A stretch of 30,173 nucleotides of DNA from an uncultured Candidatus Saccharibacteria bacterium (GTDB taxonomy: Bacteria; Patescibacteriota; Dojkabacteria; SC72). The notes under the pieces were generated by a model, which ran no database searches, was not told the origin of the DNA, and saw only the letters and a program-made list of their open reading frames with translations. The stretch is taken from contig CAZAUH010000001.1 of assembly GCA_964488325.1 (NCBI GenBank), positions 14,339-44,511 of the forward strand, read 5' to 3'. Numbering within the stretch: the stretch's first letter is position 1; each line of letters opens with the position of its first letter. Below, one piece after another: positions 1 to 9,848 of the stretch. The position numbers and the translations under genes were made by a program.

Positions 1-519
1 CTTTTATCAGGAATATATCTATCTTCTAAATTAGGTGGAGATATTGCAAAGTATATTGGTATAGGAACCGCAATATATTTTCTTACAAGGGCTATCTTCC
101 AAATACCCCTTGGTTTAATAGCTGATAAATATAAAAATGATAAAGATGAAATCCTAATCCTTTTTGTAGGGACTCTGCTCATGGGTATACCCTTTCTCTT
201 TTATCCAGATTTGTCCAAACCCTACCAGTATTACATCTTACAATTCATATTCGGACTTGGAGTAGCTCTAAATGTAACTAACTGGAGAAAACTCTTTGCA
301 TTAAACATTGATGGCGGAAGAGAGGGAATACAGTATGGAATATACGAAATGATATTAAGTCTCTCCATTGCAGTATTAAGTATAGTAGGAGGAATGATAG
401 CAAATATGGGTTCTATCTATTTTGATTCTGTTATGTCTTTTGCAGCCGTTTTTATGATGTTAGGTAACATATGGATTATACTAATCTATAAGTATGATGA
501 CAGGAAAAGTAAAATTTAA
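1..519 (+). CDS. MFS transporter, 5'-truncated by the window edge
   Basis: Frame 1 is open from base 1 (LLSGIYLSSKLGG...FQIPLGLIADKYKNDK) into the listed 181..519 ORF. It has several hydrophobic helices and an MFS motif-A-like GLIADKY. Confidence 0.8.
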   Translation, partial: LLSGIYLSSKLGGDIAKYIGIGTAIYFLTRAIFQIPLGLIADKYKNDKDEILILFVGTLLMGIPFLFYPDLSKPYQYYILQFIFGLGVALNVTNWRKLFALNIDGGREGIQYGIYEMILSLSIAVLSIVGGMIANMGSIYFDSVMSFAAVFMMLGNIWIILIYKYDDRKSKI

Positions 520-536
520 TTATTTATTAAGTAATT

Positions 537-950
537 ATGTCTAAAACAACCCTTCTTGCTCTTTCAATTATTCTTCTAACAATCTTAGGAGTGTTTATAT
601 ATTTTTATATTACAAAAAACTCTGAGTGGTTAAATGGTAATACACAAAAAGATACAAACAGCAATAACATTCCAGATGAAGTCAATACAAATGATACTTT
701 TATCCTTAAAAAAGAATATGTCTCAGAAAACAGTTGGGAATATAAAGTAACAGGACAGCTACCGAACCCCTGTTATAGTGCAACTGTTGATACATTAGTT
801 GCAGAGAGTTACCCTGAACAGGTTACAATTAATATAACAGTAAATAAGCCAAACTCAGACAAAATATGTGCACAGGTAATTTCTGATTTTGAATATGAAG
901 GCAGTCTTTCTGCAAGTGAGCAGGCTTATTTTACCCTAATAGTAAAGTAA
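537..950 (+). CDS. Membrane-anchored exported hypothetical protein with a Cys pair
   Basis: N-terminal hydrophobic anchor, Asn-rich linker, and a beta-rich domain with GQLPNPCY and ICAQVISDF motifs. Confidence 0.7.
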   Translation: MSKTTLLALSIILLTILGVFIYFYITKNSEWLNGNTQKDTNSNNIPDEVNTNDTFILKKEYVSENSWEYKVTGQLPNPCYSATVDTLVAESYPEQVTINITVNKPNSDKICAQVISDFEYEGSLSASEQAYFTLIVK

Positions 951-955
951 GTATC

Positions 956-1711
956 TTACTCCTTAATACTATTTCTTATTGTATTTCCTAAATCAAAAAA
1001 ATCATTAGGTATTGTCATTATTATCTTCTGAGCAGGATCAGCAGATATCTCTTTTAATGTTTGAAGTGTTCTTAAAGAAAGAGCACCCTTTGATTCAGAA
1101 AGAATCTTAGCTGCTTCAGAAAGTTTTATTGATGCATCTTTCTCTCCGTCCGCTTTAATTATTCTTGCCTTCTTATCTCTTTCAGCTTCCGCCTGTTGTG
1201 CCATAGCTCGTTTCATATCGGCAGGTATCTCAATATTTTGTACCTCAACAGCAGATATATCTACACCCCAGTTTTCTGCTGCAATATCAACAATACTCTT
1301 AATCTCTTCTGCAACTGTTTTTCTTTTTGAAAGTAAATCATCCAATGATACGCTACCTACAACATCTCTTAGTGCAGTTTGTGATTTAGCAGATATTTGA
1401 TTCCTAAAATTTTGAACCTTAAAGATAGCAACTGGTGTATTAACAACCTTAAATCTCACAATTCCATCTATTACACATGATACATTATCCAATGTAATTG
1501 TTTCTTGATTTGGAATGTCCATAACCTGTTCTCTAATATCAACTCTTTGAACTGTTTCAAGATATGGAATAACTAAGTTTAAACCAGGCTTGAGCTCTCT
1601 TGAATATTTTCCAAGTGTGAGAACTAAACCTACAAATCCTTCTGGTACAATTCTGATTCCAAAAAGTATTGTAATTAAAGATATAACTATTAGTATGATT
1701 ACATATTCCAT
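956..1711 (-). CDS. SPFH/band 7 (stomatin/slipin-like) membrane protein
   Basis: N-terminal TM, then IRIVPEG...LGKYSRELKPGL, ITLDNV, ALRDVVG, AMAQQAEAER coiled coil and LRTLQTL tail, all typical of SPFH proteins. Confidence 0.93.
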   Translation of the reverse strand: MEYVIILIVISLITILFGIRIVPEGFVGLVLTLGKYSRELKPGLNLVIPYLETVQRVDIREQVMDIPNQETITLDNVSCVIDGIVRFKVVNTPVAIFKVQNFRNQISAKSQTALRDVVGSVSLDDLLSKRKTVAEEIKSIVDIAAENWGVDISAVEVQNIEIPADMKRAMAQQAEAERDKKARIIKADGEKDASIKLSEAAKILSESKGALSLRTLQTLKEISADPAQKIIMTIPNDFFDLGNTIRNSIKE

Positions 1712-1810
1712 TTTATTGTTTTAATAATTAAGATGATTAAATATAGTATATTGTGGAAATAACATCAATACTTTGAAGTTCTTTTCATTTTTATATACAA
1801 TTACCTCATT

Positions 1811-2596
1811 ATGAAAAATATAGATACTCAAAATTTAAAAATAAAACAGTTCTTTATAAAAAACAATGTTAAATATGTCATATTTGATATGGATAGAACA
1901 TTGGTTGATACAGGACCATACTTTAATAAAAAAATGTATAAAGCAATGTTAAAGGTTATAAAAAAAATCTATCCTAATAAATCCATTTCAAAACAAATGG
2001 AAATCACATCTCAGATTCGTAGTATTTCTAACGAAATATTTTTAAAGAATCCAATTCCTACACCAGTAGATCAATTAAGTTATCAGGCATTTGAAATGTA
2101 TTTCTCAAATAATAAAAAAGATTATAATAAAGAAGAGATACTCAAGTCTTTAAAACTCTCATTTAAGAATTTTTACAATATCTCTCCATCTCTTTTTCCG
2201 TATACCGTGAAGACACTGAATCAGATCAAGAATGCTGGTATAAAGATGGGAGTTTACTCTCATGCACAACAACAGTGGACCGAAAAGAAAATAGATAAAA
2301 TAAAAAACGCTTATAAAAGAAAATTTGATCAAGATTTAGATCTACCTTTCTATACAACAGATATAAAGGATTCAAAAGATTGCGATGGATGGAAAAAGGC
2401 AGGTAAATATCTTAAGTTTGATATAGATAGGACGTTAGTAGTAGGTGATAGTCTAACATCTGATATATACCCTGCGATAGATGCTGGATACAGATGCTTA
2501 GTATATTTGGTATACGACAAGGGTATTCCTAAAATTGAGAAAGAGGCAAGAGTATATATAACACAAAACATAGGAACCATGTTTGATAACCTTTAG
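1811..2596 (+). CDS. HAD-superfamily hydrolase
   Basis: Motif I FDMDRTLVD and motif IV VVGDSLTSD. Confidence 0.85.
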   Translation: MKNIDTQNLKIKQFFIKNNVKYVIFDMDRTLVDTGPYFNKKMYKAMLKVIKKIYPNKSISKQMEITSQIRSISNEIFLKNPIPTPVDQLSYQAFEMYFSNNKKDYNKEEILKSLKLSFKNFYNISPSLFPYTVKTLNQIKNAGIKMGVYSHAQQQWTEKKIDKIKNAYKRKFDQDLDLPFYTTDIKDSKDCDGWKKAGKYLKFDIDRTLVVGDSLTSDIYPAIDAGYRCLVYLVYDKGIPKIEKEARVYITQNIGTMFDNL

Positions 2597-3927
2597 TGCA
2601 TACCCCTTGCAGCCATAATACCGGTTACTGCAGCTCCTGTAATAGAACCTGAAAGACCCGCTGCATCCCCTGCTACAAACAAACCCTTAACAGATGTCTC
2701 TAAAGTTTTCTCTGTTTGAATTTTAGATGATCTAAACTTTACTTCTGGAGCATAGAGTAGTGTTGAGCCTGAATTAATTCCAGGCATTACCTTTTCTAAT
2801 ATCTCTAATCCTTCAATGATATTCGTTACTATTCTATGTGGTAATCCCATAGATATATCCCCAGGAACAACATCTTTCAAAGATGGTTCTACAAATGATT
2901 TTTCAAGTCTTGACCATGTACTTCTTCTACCATCACGTAGATCATAGAGACTTTGAAGTAATGGTTTGCCGCCTCCTAGTAGAGATGTTAGCTCTGCAAT
3001 AGACTTCGCATATGCTATGGAATTCTCCAATGGCTCTTTCAAATTTACTTCACACAGGAAAGCGAAATTAGAATTCTTACTATTATGATCTGAATTAGAA
3101 TGGCCATTAACGCATACATAGCTATCATAATTCTCAACAGCTACCAAACCCCTTGGACAGCTACAAAAAGTTCTAACTATATCTTGATATGTTCTAGTCC
3201 TAACCCTATATACAGTTTCATAAAGCGTCTCAGCTTGGATTTTCATAATAGAGGAGGGGAATTCCACTCTTACTCCAACCTCAACCATATCATATATATA
3301 TTTTATACCATATTTATCTGCTAATTTCTGTAACCATCTAGCATTTACTCTTCCTGGAGCTAGTAATACTTTACTCGAATATATCCTTTTACCATCTTTA
3401 GTAATTACACCTTTTACCATACCATCTTTAACTAATATATCCTCGACATATGTACAATCCTTTATCTCTACTCCCTTCGATAGAAGATACTCCTGAAAAC
3501 TTTTAACAAACATTTTTAATTTATCTGTTCCAACATGTCTTGCTTTTCTTAAAACCAATTCAATATCATTAGTCTCCGCTTCTTTAATTAATGTTTTTAA
3601 TTCTTCTGTTTCCTTTGGATAGTACTCAGAATCAATCTTAAATTTATTAAAGATTGAATCTACATAGTCTAATATTTTTTGATACTCAAACTTAGAGATA
3701 AGATGAAATGCTTTCTCATGAGAAAGATTTGCTGTAAGAGTCAATTTACCATCAGAGTATGTACCTGCTCCTCCAATTCCCTCCATCACTTCTGAGGGTT
3801 TTCTGTTTTCAATTCTATTACCTATATCAATGATAACTATATTCTTTTTTCTTTTTTTAAGAAGTTCGTAGCAAGCAAATAAACCTGCAGGTCCAGCACC
3901 AACAATTAGGTAATCATATCTCTTCAT
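2593..3927 (-). CDS. FAD/NAD(P)-dependent oxidoreductase (uncharacterised FAD-dependent dehydrogenase type)
   Basis: Rossmann IVGAGPAG, GIGGAGTYSDGKL, VNGHS and C-terminal GLFVAGDAAG FAD motif. Confidence 0.88.
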   Translation of the reverse strand: MKRYDYLIVGAGPAGLFACYELLKKRKKNIVIIDIGNRIENRKPSEVMEGIGGAGTYSDGKLTLTANLSHEKAFHLISKFEYQKILDYVDSIFNKFKIDSEYYPKETEELKTLIKEAETNDIELVLRKARHVGTDKLKMFVKSFQEYLLSKGVEIKDCTYVEDILVKDGMVKGVITKDGKRIYSSKVLLAPGRVNARWLQKLADKYGIKYIYDMVEVGVRVEFPSSIMKIQAETLYETVYRVRTRTYQDIVRTFCSCPRGLVAVENYDSYVCVNGHSNSDHNSKNSNFAFLCEVNLKEPLENSIAYAKSIAELTSLLGGGKPLLQSLYDLRDGRRSTWSRLEKSFVEPSLKDVVPGDISMGLPHRIVTNIIEGLEILEKVMPGINSGSTLLYAPEVKFRSSKIQTEKTLETSVKGLFVAGDAAGLSGSITGAAVTGIMAARGMH

Positions 3928-4018
3928 AGAAATATCTTTTAGATTAACAGATAGACTATAGTAGAAATTATATATATATTCAAGATATTACAAAGGTTGC
4001 CAAAAGACCTAATTCTTT

Positions 4019-5527
4019 CTAAATAATTCCAACTCTTTCAATATATTCCTCTTTAAAGTATCCATACTTTTCATCTGGCATTAACAACACTTTATCTATC
4101 TCCAATAGTTTTACAAACTGTGGTTGATGACTAACTATTAATATCGTCCCTTTATATTCCTTTAGCGCTGATAACAATATATTCTGAGAATCAAAATCTA
4201 AATATGTTGTAGGTTCATCTAATACTAAGACGTTATGTCTATTTGCAAAAAGTTTTGCTAATGCTAATCTTGTTTTTTCTCCGCCAGATAATGTTTTAAT
4301 CTTTTGATTAACCATATCTCCAGTAAGTAAAAATCTTCCTAAAAAAGCCCTTCTATCTATATCTCCCCAATTTAAACCGTATACATTATCTAATACTGTT
4401 TGTTCATAGTCTAAACCCTCATACTCTTGAGAGTAATAGCCAACATCAGTACCTTTTCCCCATGTAAATTTACCTCCACTTTGCTTCAATTTCCCAACTA
4501 ATATTTTTAAAAGAGTAGTTTTACCTACACCGTTTTGACCGATAATCGCTATTCTCTCTCCCTTTTCTACCTCAAAAGAGACATCTCTTAATACGGGTAT
4601 ATCCTTAATATATTGTTTTGAAATATGTTGCACATTTAATATGTTTCTTCCACAATTAAATGGGATAGGTATCTGTATTTTCATCTTCTTACTTTTTATT
4701 AACTCCTTTGATAACTCCTTTACTATCTCTTGCTCTTTTTTTGCCTGTTTAAACTTCTTTGCTCCCCTCATTTTTTCTTTTGTCATACCTCTTCCAGAAA
4801 GAGTCTTAGCATGTTCAAAGACTCTCTTAGCTTTTCTCTCCTGAGCTTTTAATCTTTTTAATAGCAACTCATCTTTAAGAGCTAACTGTTTAAGAAAGTT
4901 ATCATAGTTACCTCTGTATACCTCTACATTATGTTTAATATCATTTAAATACCATATCTTACTAATCCCTTTATTCATCAATCTTAAATCATGAGAAACA
5001 ACTAAAACAGAGTAGGGATAGTTAACAAGGTATCCCATCAACCATTGTGCGGAGGGAATATCTAAAAAGTTAGTAGGCTCATCTAGTATTAATAGATTTG
5101 ATTTCTCAAAAAGAAGCTTAATTAATTCTACCTTTATTTTTTGTCCACCAGATAATTCGCTTAATATTGAATCTGAAGTCTTTCCTTTCATATTCATATT
5201 ATTAAGAAACTTGTTTATCTCCCATTCCTCAATTTCTATTTCTCTCTCAATAATTAGGTACTCACCAATTGTAATATTCTCTTTATTTGAAATATCACTT
5301 ACTATCTCCTTATGTATCTCCTGAGAAAGATATGACATCTTTCCATTAAAAGATATACTTCCTAAATCTGGTTCCTCTTTTCCTGCTAGTATTTTTAACA
5401 AGGTAGATTTTCCTGCACCATTAACACCAACAAGCCCTATCTTTTCGTTTGGACCCATATACAAAGAGATATCTTTTAATATTTCATTTCCACCTTTTGA
5501 AATGGATATTGAATTAATGCTTAACAT
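4019..5527 (-). CDS. ABC-F family ATPase (ribosome-associated, no TM domains)
   Basis: Two ABC domains: GVNGAGKST/LSGGQ/LILDEPT/SHD and GQNGVGKTT/LSGGE/LVLDEPT/SHQ, joined by a basic GNY-initiated linker. Confidence 0.92.
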   Translation of the reverse strand: MLSINSISISKGGNEILKDISLYMGPNEKIGLVGVNGAGKSTLLKILAGKEEPDLGSISFNGKMSYLSQEIHKEIVSDISNKENITIGEYLIIEREIEIEEWEINKFLNNMNMKGKTSDSILSELSGGQKIKVELIKLLFEKSNLLILDEPTNFLDIPSAQWLMGYLVNYPYSVLVVSHDLRLMNKGISKIWYLNDIKHNVEVYRGNYDNFLKQLALKDELLLKRLKAQERKAKRVFEHAKTLSGRGMTKEKMRGAKKFKQAKKEQEIVKELSKELIKSKKMKIQIPIPFNCGRNILNVQHISKQYIKDIPVLRDVSFEVEKGERIAIIGQNGVGKTTLLKILVGKLKQSGGKFTWGKGTDVGYYSQEYEGLDYEQTVLDNVYGLNWGDIDRRAFLGRFLLTGDMVNQKIKTLSGGEKTRLALAKLFANRHNVLVLDEPTTYLDFDSQNILLSALKEYKGTILIVSHQPQFVKLLEIDKVLLMPDEKYGYFKEEYIERVGII

Positions 5528-5535
5528 AATCCAAG

Positions 5536-5544
5536 ATTATATCA
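5536..5544 (-). promoter_or_regulatory. Extended -10 promoter (TGATATAAT), near-leaderless, for the ABC-F gene
   Basis: Perfect TGnTATAAT on the minus strand, 8 nt before the ATG at 5527. Confidence 0.7.
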
Positions 5545-5609
5545 TTTCATATTGCTTTTATTCTCTATTCCATGTTAAATATATTAATAACTTTGTATAT
5601 TTAAAAGTA

Positions 5610-6197
5610 ATGAGAAAATTTTTACTTTCCATTTTTGCATTAGCTCTATTGGTAACACCAATGGTTGTTTTTGCACAAGAGGAAGAACTTATGTTGACAA
5701 CTACATTAGACGATACGGAACAAACAGAAGAGGAATTAATATCTCCAGAAAGCCCCTTCTACTTCCTATCAACTCTTTTTGAAGATATTCAATTACTTCT
5801 AACCTTTGATACAGAAAAGAAAATAGAGAAAACTTTAGAGTTTGCTCAAAAGAAATTAGATGCTATGGAGAATCTAGATAAAAATGAAGATTCCAAGATA
5901 ATGGAAAAATTAGAGTATAGATTTGAAAAGCTATTAACAAAAACTGAAAGGAAAATGGAACAGAATGAATATACACAGGAGGAAAGTGCTCTAAAAACTC
6001 AAGAGATTAGAGATAGACATCTTGCAGTATTGAACTCTGTATTAGAAAAAGTACCCGAGGGACAGGCCCAAGAGAGTATACAAAAGGTTATAGATAAAAC
6101 AGAGGAGAGATATATTAAGAAAGATGAGAAGATAAAGAGTAATAACAAAGGTGGAAACAAAAATAATGTAGAGGATGATACTTTAATTGAGGAATAA
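5610..6197 (+). CDS. Secreted DUF5667-like helical protein
   Basis: Start moved to ATG 5610 (MRKFLLSIFALALL...VFA signal peptide). PESPFYFL...LLLTFDTEKK resembles DUF5667. The 5502 start would overlap the divergent ABC-F start. Confidence 0.7.
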   Translation: MRKFLLSIFALALLVTPMVVFAQEEELMLTTTLDDTEQTEEELISPESPFYFLSTLFEDIQLLLTFDTEKKIEKTLEFAQKKLDAMENLDKNEDSKIMEKLEYRFEKLLTKTERKMEQNEYTQEESALKTQEIRDRHLAVLNSVLEKVPEGQAQESIQKVIDKTEERYIKKDEKIKSNNKGGNKNNVEDDTLIEE

Positions 6198-6220
6198 ATA
6201 AATTAAAAGAATAGTAATAA

Positions 6221-7981
6221 ATGAAAAGTCAAAAACTCTTTTCTTTGCTTGGTGTTGGAATAATATTTTTAGGAGTAATATTCTTTGTCTTTCTTCTCAG
6301 TATTGCCTTTCTAATTACAAAAAAAGAAGATGTTGATTACAATGAAGAATCTATTACATCAAGATATATAACCAGTTCTACTCCTGTTCTAGATGCCAAA
6401 CAAGATTCTGAGATTACTCAAGTGGATACGAATTTTGAAAAACAGGGAGTTCTTAAAGTTCAAGAGAATAGAAAAGTTATTAAAATAGAGAATCCTTTGT
6501 CAGAAAAAGAAAAATTAAATTTAGAGAAGAAATACTCAATAACTTTTACAGATGATAAAGAAAATAATGGTATATATGTTGTTACTCTTTCGGAAGATAC
6601 AGATATCTCATCTTTTGAACAGGAGATACAAGCCAAAGTAGAAACAGATATACCCATAAAGATGTTTGCTGATAGCATAGATTGGGGTGTAACAAGAATA
6701 GGGGCTGATAAAGTATGGAGCCAAGGAACAGGTACTGGTGTCAAAATAGGTATTGTAGATACAGGTGTACAGCTAAATCACCCTGATTTAGTAAATAATA
6801 TAGTTGCAGGATATGATTTTGTTAATAATGATACAGATGCTAGTGATGATAATGGACATGGTACACATGTTGCAGGTTTAGCAAGTGCATCCTTTAATGA
6901 GGTTGGTGTTGTAGGAGTTAGCCATTCATCAAAAATTATTCCAATCAAAGTACTTAATGCACAGGGATATGGATATTTGTCCGACGTAGCTAAAGGTGTA
7001 TATTTTGCAACTGATAATGGGGCAAAGGTTATTAATTTAAGCTTGGGATCTTCTACAGACTCATTAATTCTGAAAGATGCAATTAACTACGCTGCAAATA
7101 AAGGTGTACTAGTTATTGCAGCCGCCGGTAATGATAGTGGAAGTCCATGCTCCTATCCTGCTGCATACAGTAATGCTGTTTGTGTTGTTGCAACGGATAG
7201 TAGAAATTTACTTGCAAGTTTTAGTAATATTGGAGGTGAGTTAGCAGCACCAGGGGTATACAACTATTCAACATATTTAGGTAGTACATATAGATATTTA
7301 AGTGGAACAAGTATGGCAACTCCTCATGTTTCTGGAGCCGCAGCACTTCTTTTTTCAATATGTACAACATGTTCCGCATCTGATATTAGAACTCTTATGA
7401 ATGAAACAGCTATTGATCTTGGAGAGGTTGGAAAAGATATCTTGTTTGGATATGGTTTAGTTGATTTAACATCTGCAATTGTTCAATTACAATCGGTTCC
7501 TCAAGAAAACACTCCTACCGAAACTCCAACTCAAACTCCTGATACTCAAACCCCTACGACAACAGAGCCGGATATTATTGAATCTCCAGAGAAACAAGTA
7601 ATAATGATACTCGAACCTGTTGCTTCAAGAGGTAAAAAGTACATTCCAAGTATAGTTTCTGATATTGATATTAAATACACTCTATCCCCAGTTATTCAAG
7701 AAGATAATGTAGAAAAAATCACCATGTATGTTGATAATACTGAAATCGCTTCTTCTCTTGAACAAAGTGGAACATTTGTACTTTCAAAAGATTTACTCAA
7801 TCATTCTCAACATTGGGTTAAACTAGTTGCAACCTTTAAGGATAATAAAAATAGTCAGACACAATTAATAGTAGATATGACATATCTTAGGTCTTTAGAA
7901 AAGAAATCTAATGCTAAAGACAAATCTGTTTTAGGAATCTCTTTTTCAATATTTGATTGGTTAGATATATTTAATAAATAG
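6221..7981 (+). CDS. S8 (subtilisin-like) serine protease, membrane-anchored/secreted
   Basis: Catalytic IVDTG, HGTHVAG and GTSMATPHV, oxyanion AAAGND, N-terminal TM, Thr/Pro-rich linker and C-terminal beta domain. Confidence 0.95.
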   Translation: MKSQKLFSLLGVGIIFLGVIFFVFLLSIAFLITKKEDVDYNEESITSRYITSSTPVLDAKQDSEITQVDTNFEKQGVLKVQENRKVIKIENPLSEKEKLNLEKKYSITFTDDKENNGIYVVTLSEDTDISSFEQEIQAKVETDIPIKMFADSIDWGVTRIGADKVWSQGTGTGVKIGIVDTGVQLNHPDLVNNIVAGYDFVNNDTDASDDNGHGTHVAGLASASFNEVGVVGVSHSSKIIPIKVLNAQGYGYLSDVAKGVYFATDNGAKVINLSLGSSTDSLILKDAINYAANKGVLVIAAAGNDSGSPCSYPAAYSNAVCVVATDSRNLLASFSNIGGELAAPGVYNYSTYLGSTYRYLSGTSMATPHVSGAAALLFSICTTCSASDIRTLMNETAIDLGEVGKDILFGYGLVDLTSAIVQLQSVPQENTPTETPTQTPDTQTPTTTEPDIIESPEKQVIMILEPVASRGKKYIPSIVSDIDIKYTLSPVIQEDNVEKITMYVDNTEIASSLEQSGTFVLSKDLLNHSQHWVKLVATFKDNKNSQTQLIVDMTYLRSLEKKSNAKDKSVLGISFSIFDWLDIFNK

Positions 7982-8017
7982 CATCCAAGATATCCTGTCA
8001 GAAAAAGGGTATATCTA

Positions 8018-8026
8018 TGATATAAT
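8018..8026 (+). promoter_or_regulatory. Extended -10 promoter (TGATATAAT), leaderless, for def
   Basis: TGnTATAAT exactly 6 nt before the ATG at 8033. Confidence 0.72.
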
Positions 8027-8032
8027 TCCCAT

Positions 8033-8524
8033 ATGTCAAACATTCTTAAAATATATACAATTGAAAATCAAAAAGAGAGTGAATTTCTAAGAAAAATATC
8101 TAAAGAGGTAACTAAAGAGGAAATTAATAGTAAAGAGTTTCAGTTATTTCTAGATGATCTTTTGCATACAGCAAAAAAAATTGTTACTCAAGAGGGATAC
8201 TCTGCTGCAGGTTTAGCTGCAATTCAAGTTGGAATAGATAAGAAAGTATTTTGTATTCTTAGAGAGGATATAAACGATTTCGAGATAATGATTAATCCTA
8301 AAATAAAGGTAATTAATACAACAGAAGTAATAGGAATAGAGGGGTGTTTAAGTGTTCCTAAAAAGGAAGGGAAAGTATCAAGATTTAAGAAAATAAAAGT
8401 GAAATATACAAATAGAGATGGAAAAAATTTAAAAGGGATATTTAGTAATCAAGAAGCCAGAGAGATACAACACGAATATGATCATACACAAGGTATTCTT
8501 TTTATTGATAAATTAGTAGACTAG
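8033..8524 (+). CDS. def: Peptide deformylase
   Basis: GLAAIQVG, EGCLS and QHEYDH motifs. Confidence 0.96.
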   Translation: MSNILKIYTIENQKESEFLRKISKEVTKEEINSKEFQLFLDDLLHTAKKIVTQEGYSAAGLAAIQVGIDKKVFCILREDINDFEIMINPKIKVINTTEVIGIEGCLSVPKKEGKVSRFKKIKVKYTNRDGKNLKGIFSNQEAREIQHEYDHTQGILFIDKLVD

Positions 8525-8581
8525 AAACTTTTCTACTTTCCATATACAATATATCTAGAATATATTTTAATCCTGTTTACT

Positions 8582-9727
8582 ATGCAAAAAATATTCCTAT
8601 CATTAATAATAATCTCTTTCTCCTCTTTCTTTGTATTTGCACAACAAGATACCACTTTAAATGAATTAACTGCACAAAATAATGATGTAAAAGCAGCTGA
8701 AATAGAGGAATTAAACCAGAAAGAAGAGGAAAGAACAAAAGAGATAGCAAATCTTCTTGGTTTTATCTTACCTGAGTACACCGATAACCCAAGTTATGTA
8801 ATAACCTTTAAAGATCCCTCTTCAGAACAGAAAGGTGTTGAGATTGCACTCGATAGTGGTACCTACACAATAATTAAAAGTCCATATACCTTCCCTGCTC
8901 TTAGTATTGGAAATCATAATGTAAAATTTAGATTCTATGATTCAACTAATACAATTAAGATCTTGGAATATGACCTAATTATAATCCCTAGAGCTCCCAT
9001 TATTGATACTCCAAAGATAGGGGAATCTACAATTTCTATATCAGGAACTGCTCTCGCGAACTCTGACGTTATATATACCATAAGTGCAAACGCATATAAT
9101 AAAAGTGGAATAGTAGACACAAATGAAAATGGAGAGTGGTCAATTGGAATTACTCCAGATGGCGGACTATCTGATGCAATATACACATTTTCTGCATTAA
9201 CTAGAAAATATGGATATGTAAGTGATCTCTCTGCTCCAATTACATTTAGTATCGGAGAAAATAGTAACACACCAACAGTTAATGGAGGTAAAGAAATATA
9301 TTTTTCATTTAAGGATATTCATAAAGAGAATTTAATAGGGGTAATTAAAAATAATAAAGATTTATTAATTCTTTTTGGAGCTTCTACTTTACTAGGTATA
9401 TTTCTAACAATTATTTTTAAGAATTTAATAGATGGTAAAAGAAGTGAAAAACAGTATAAAAATGTAGAGACCATTATCAAAAAAAATCCTAATGAAAAAG
9501 ATGCAAAAACATTAAGAGAACTATTTGGAGAAAGTGACAAAAAAGAAGATAATAAAGAGGAAGAAACGAAAGAAGAACCAAATAAAGAGGTTGAACCTAC
9601 TAAACACGAAACTATTGTTAATAAAGATGTCTTTTTAAAAAGATTTAAACAGATGGATCCAGATAACGATGCTGGTAAAGAGACAAAAAAGAAGATTAAG
9701 ATATCCCTAACCTCAAAAGAAGAGTAA
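8582..9727 (+). CDS. Exported Ig-like-domain protein with C-terminal TM and charged tail
   Basis: Signal peptide, beta-rich segment (ISISGTALANS...VDTNENGEWS), TM LLILFGASTLLGIFLTIIF and Lys/Glu-rich tail. Confidence 0.7.
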   Translation: MQKIFLSLIIISFSSFFVFAQQDTTLNELTAQNNDVKAAEIEELNQKEEERTKEIANLLGFILPEYTDNPSYVITFKDPSSEQKGVEIALDSGTYTIIKSPYTFPALSIGNHNVKFRFYDSTNTIKILEYDLIIIPRAPIIDTPKIGESTISISGTALANSDVIYTISANAYNKSGIVDTNENGEWSIGITPDGGLSDAIYTFSALTRKYGYVSDLSAPITFSIGENSNTPTVNGGKEIYFSFKDIHKENLIGVIKNNKDLLILFGASTLLGIFLTIIFKNLIDGKRSEKQYKNVETIIKKNPNEKDAKTLRELFGESDKKEDNKEEETKEEPNKEVEPTKHETIVNKDVFLKRFKQMDPDNDAGKETKKKIKISLTSKEE

Positions 9728-9761
9728 TTCTATAAGTAGAAATATGTTATTATTTCAAATA

Positions 9762-9845
9762 GCCAGAATGGTGAAATGGCAGACACGCTACGTTCAGAAC
9801 GTAGTCTTCGATAAGAGGGTGGGGGTTCAAATCCCCCTTCTGGCA
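9762..9845 (+). tRNA. tRNA-Leu(CAG)
   Basis: Acceptor stem GCCAGAA/TTCTGGC, anticodon arm CTACG-TTCAGAA-CGTAG, long variable arm and GGTTCAAATCC T-arm. No encoded CCA. Confidence 0.96.
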
Positions 9846-9848
9846 GAG

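Noticed and set aside
5502-5609. Longer N-terminus for the DUF5667-like gene
   Set aside because: It overlaps the ABC-F start and promoter. ATG 5610 gives a clean signal peptide with its own -10.
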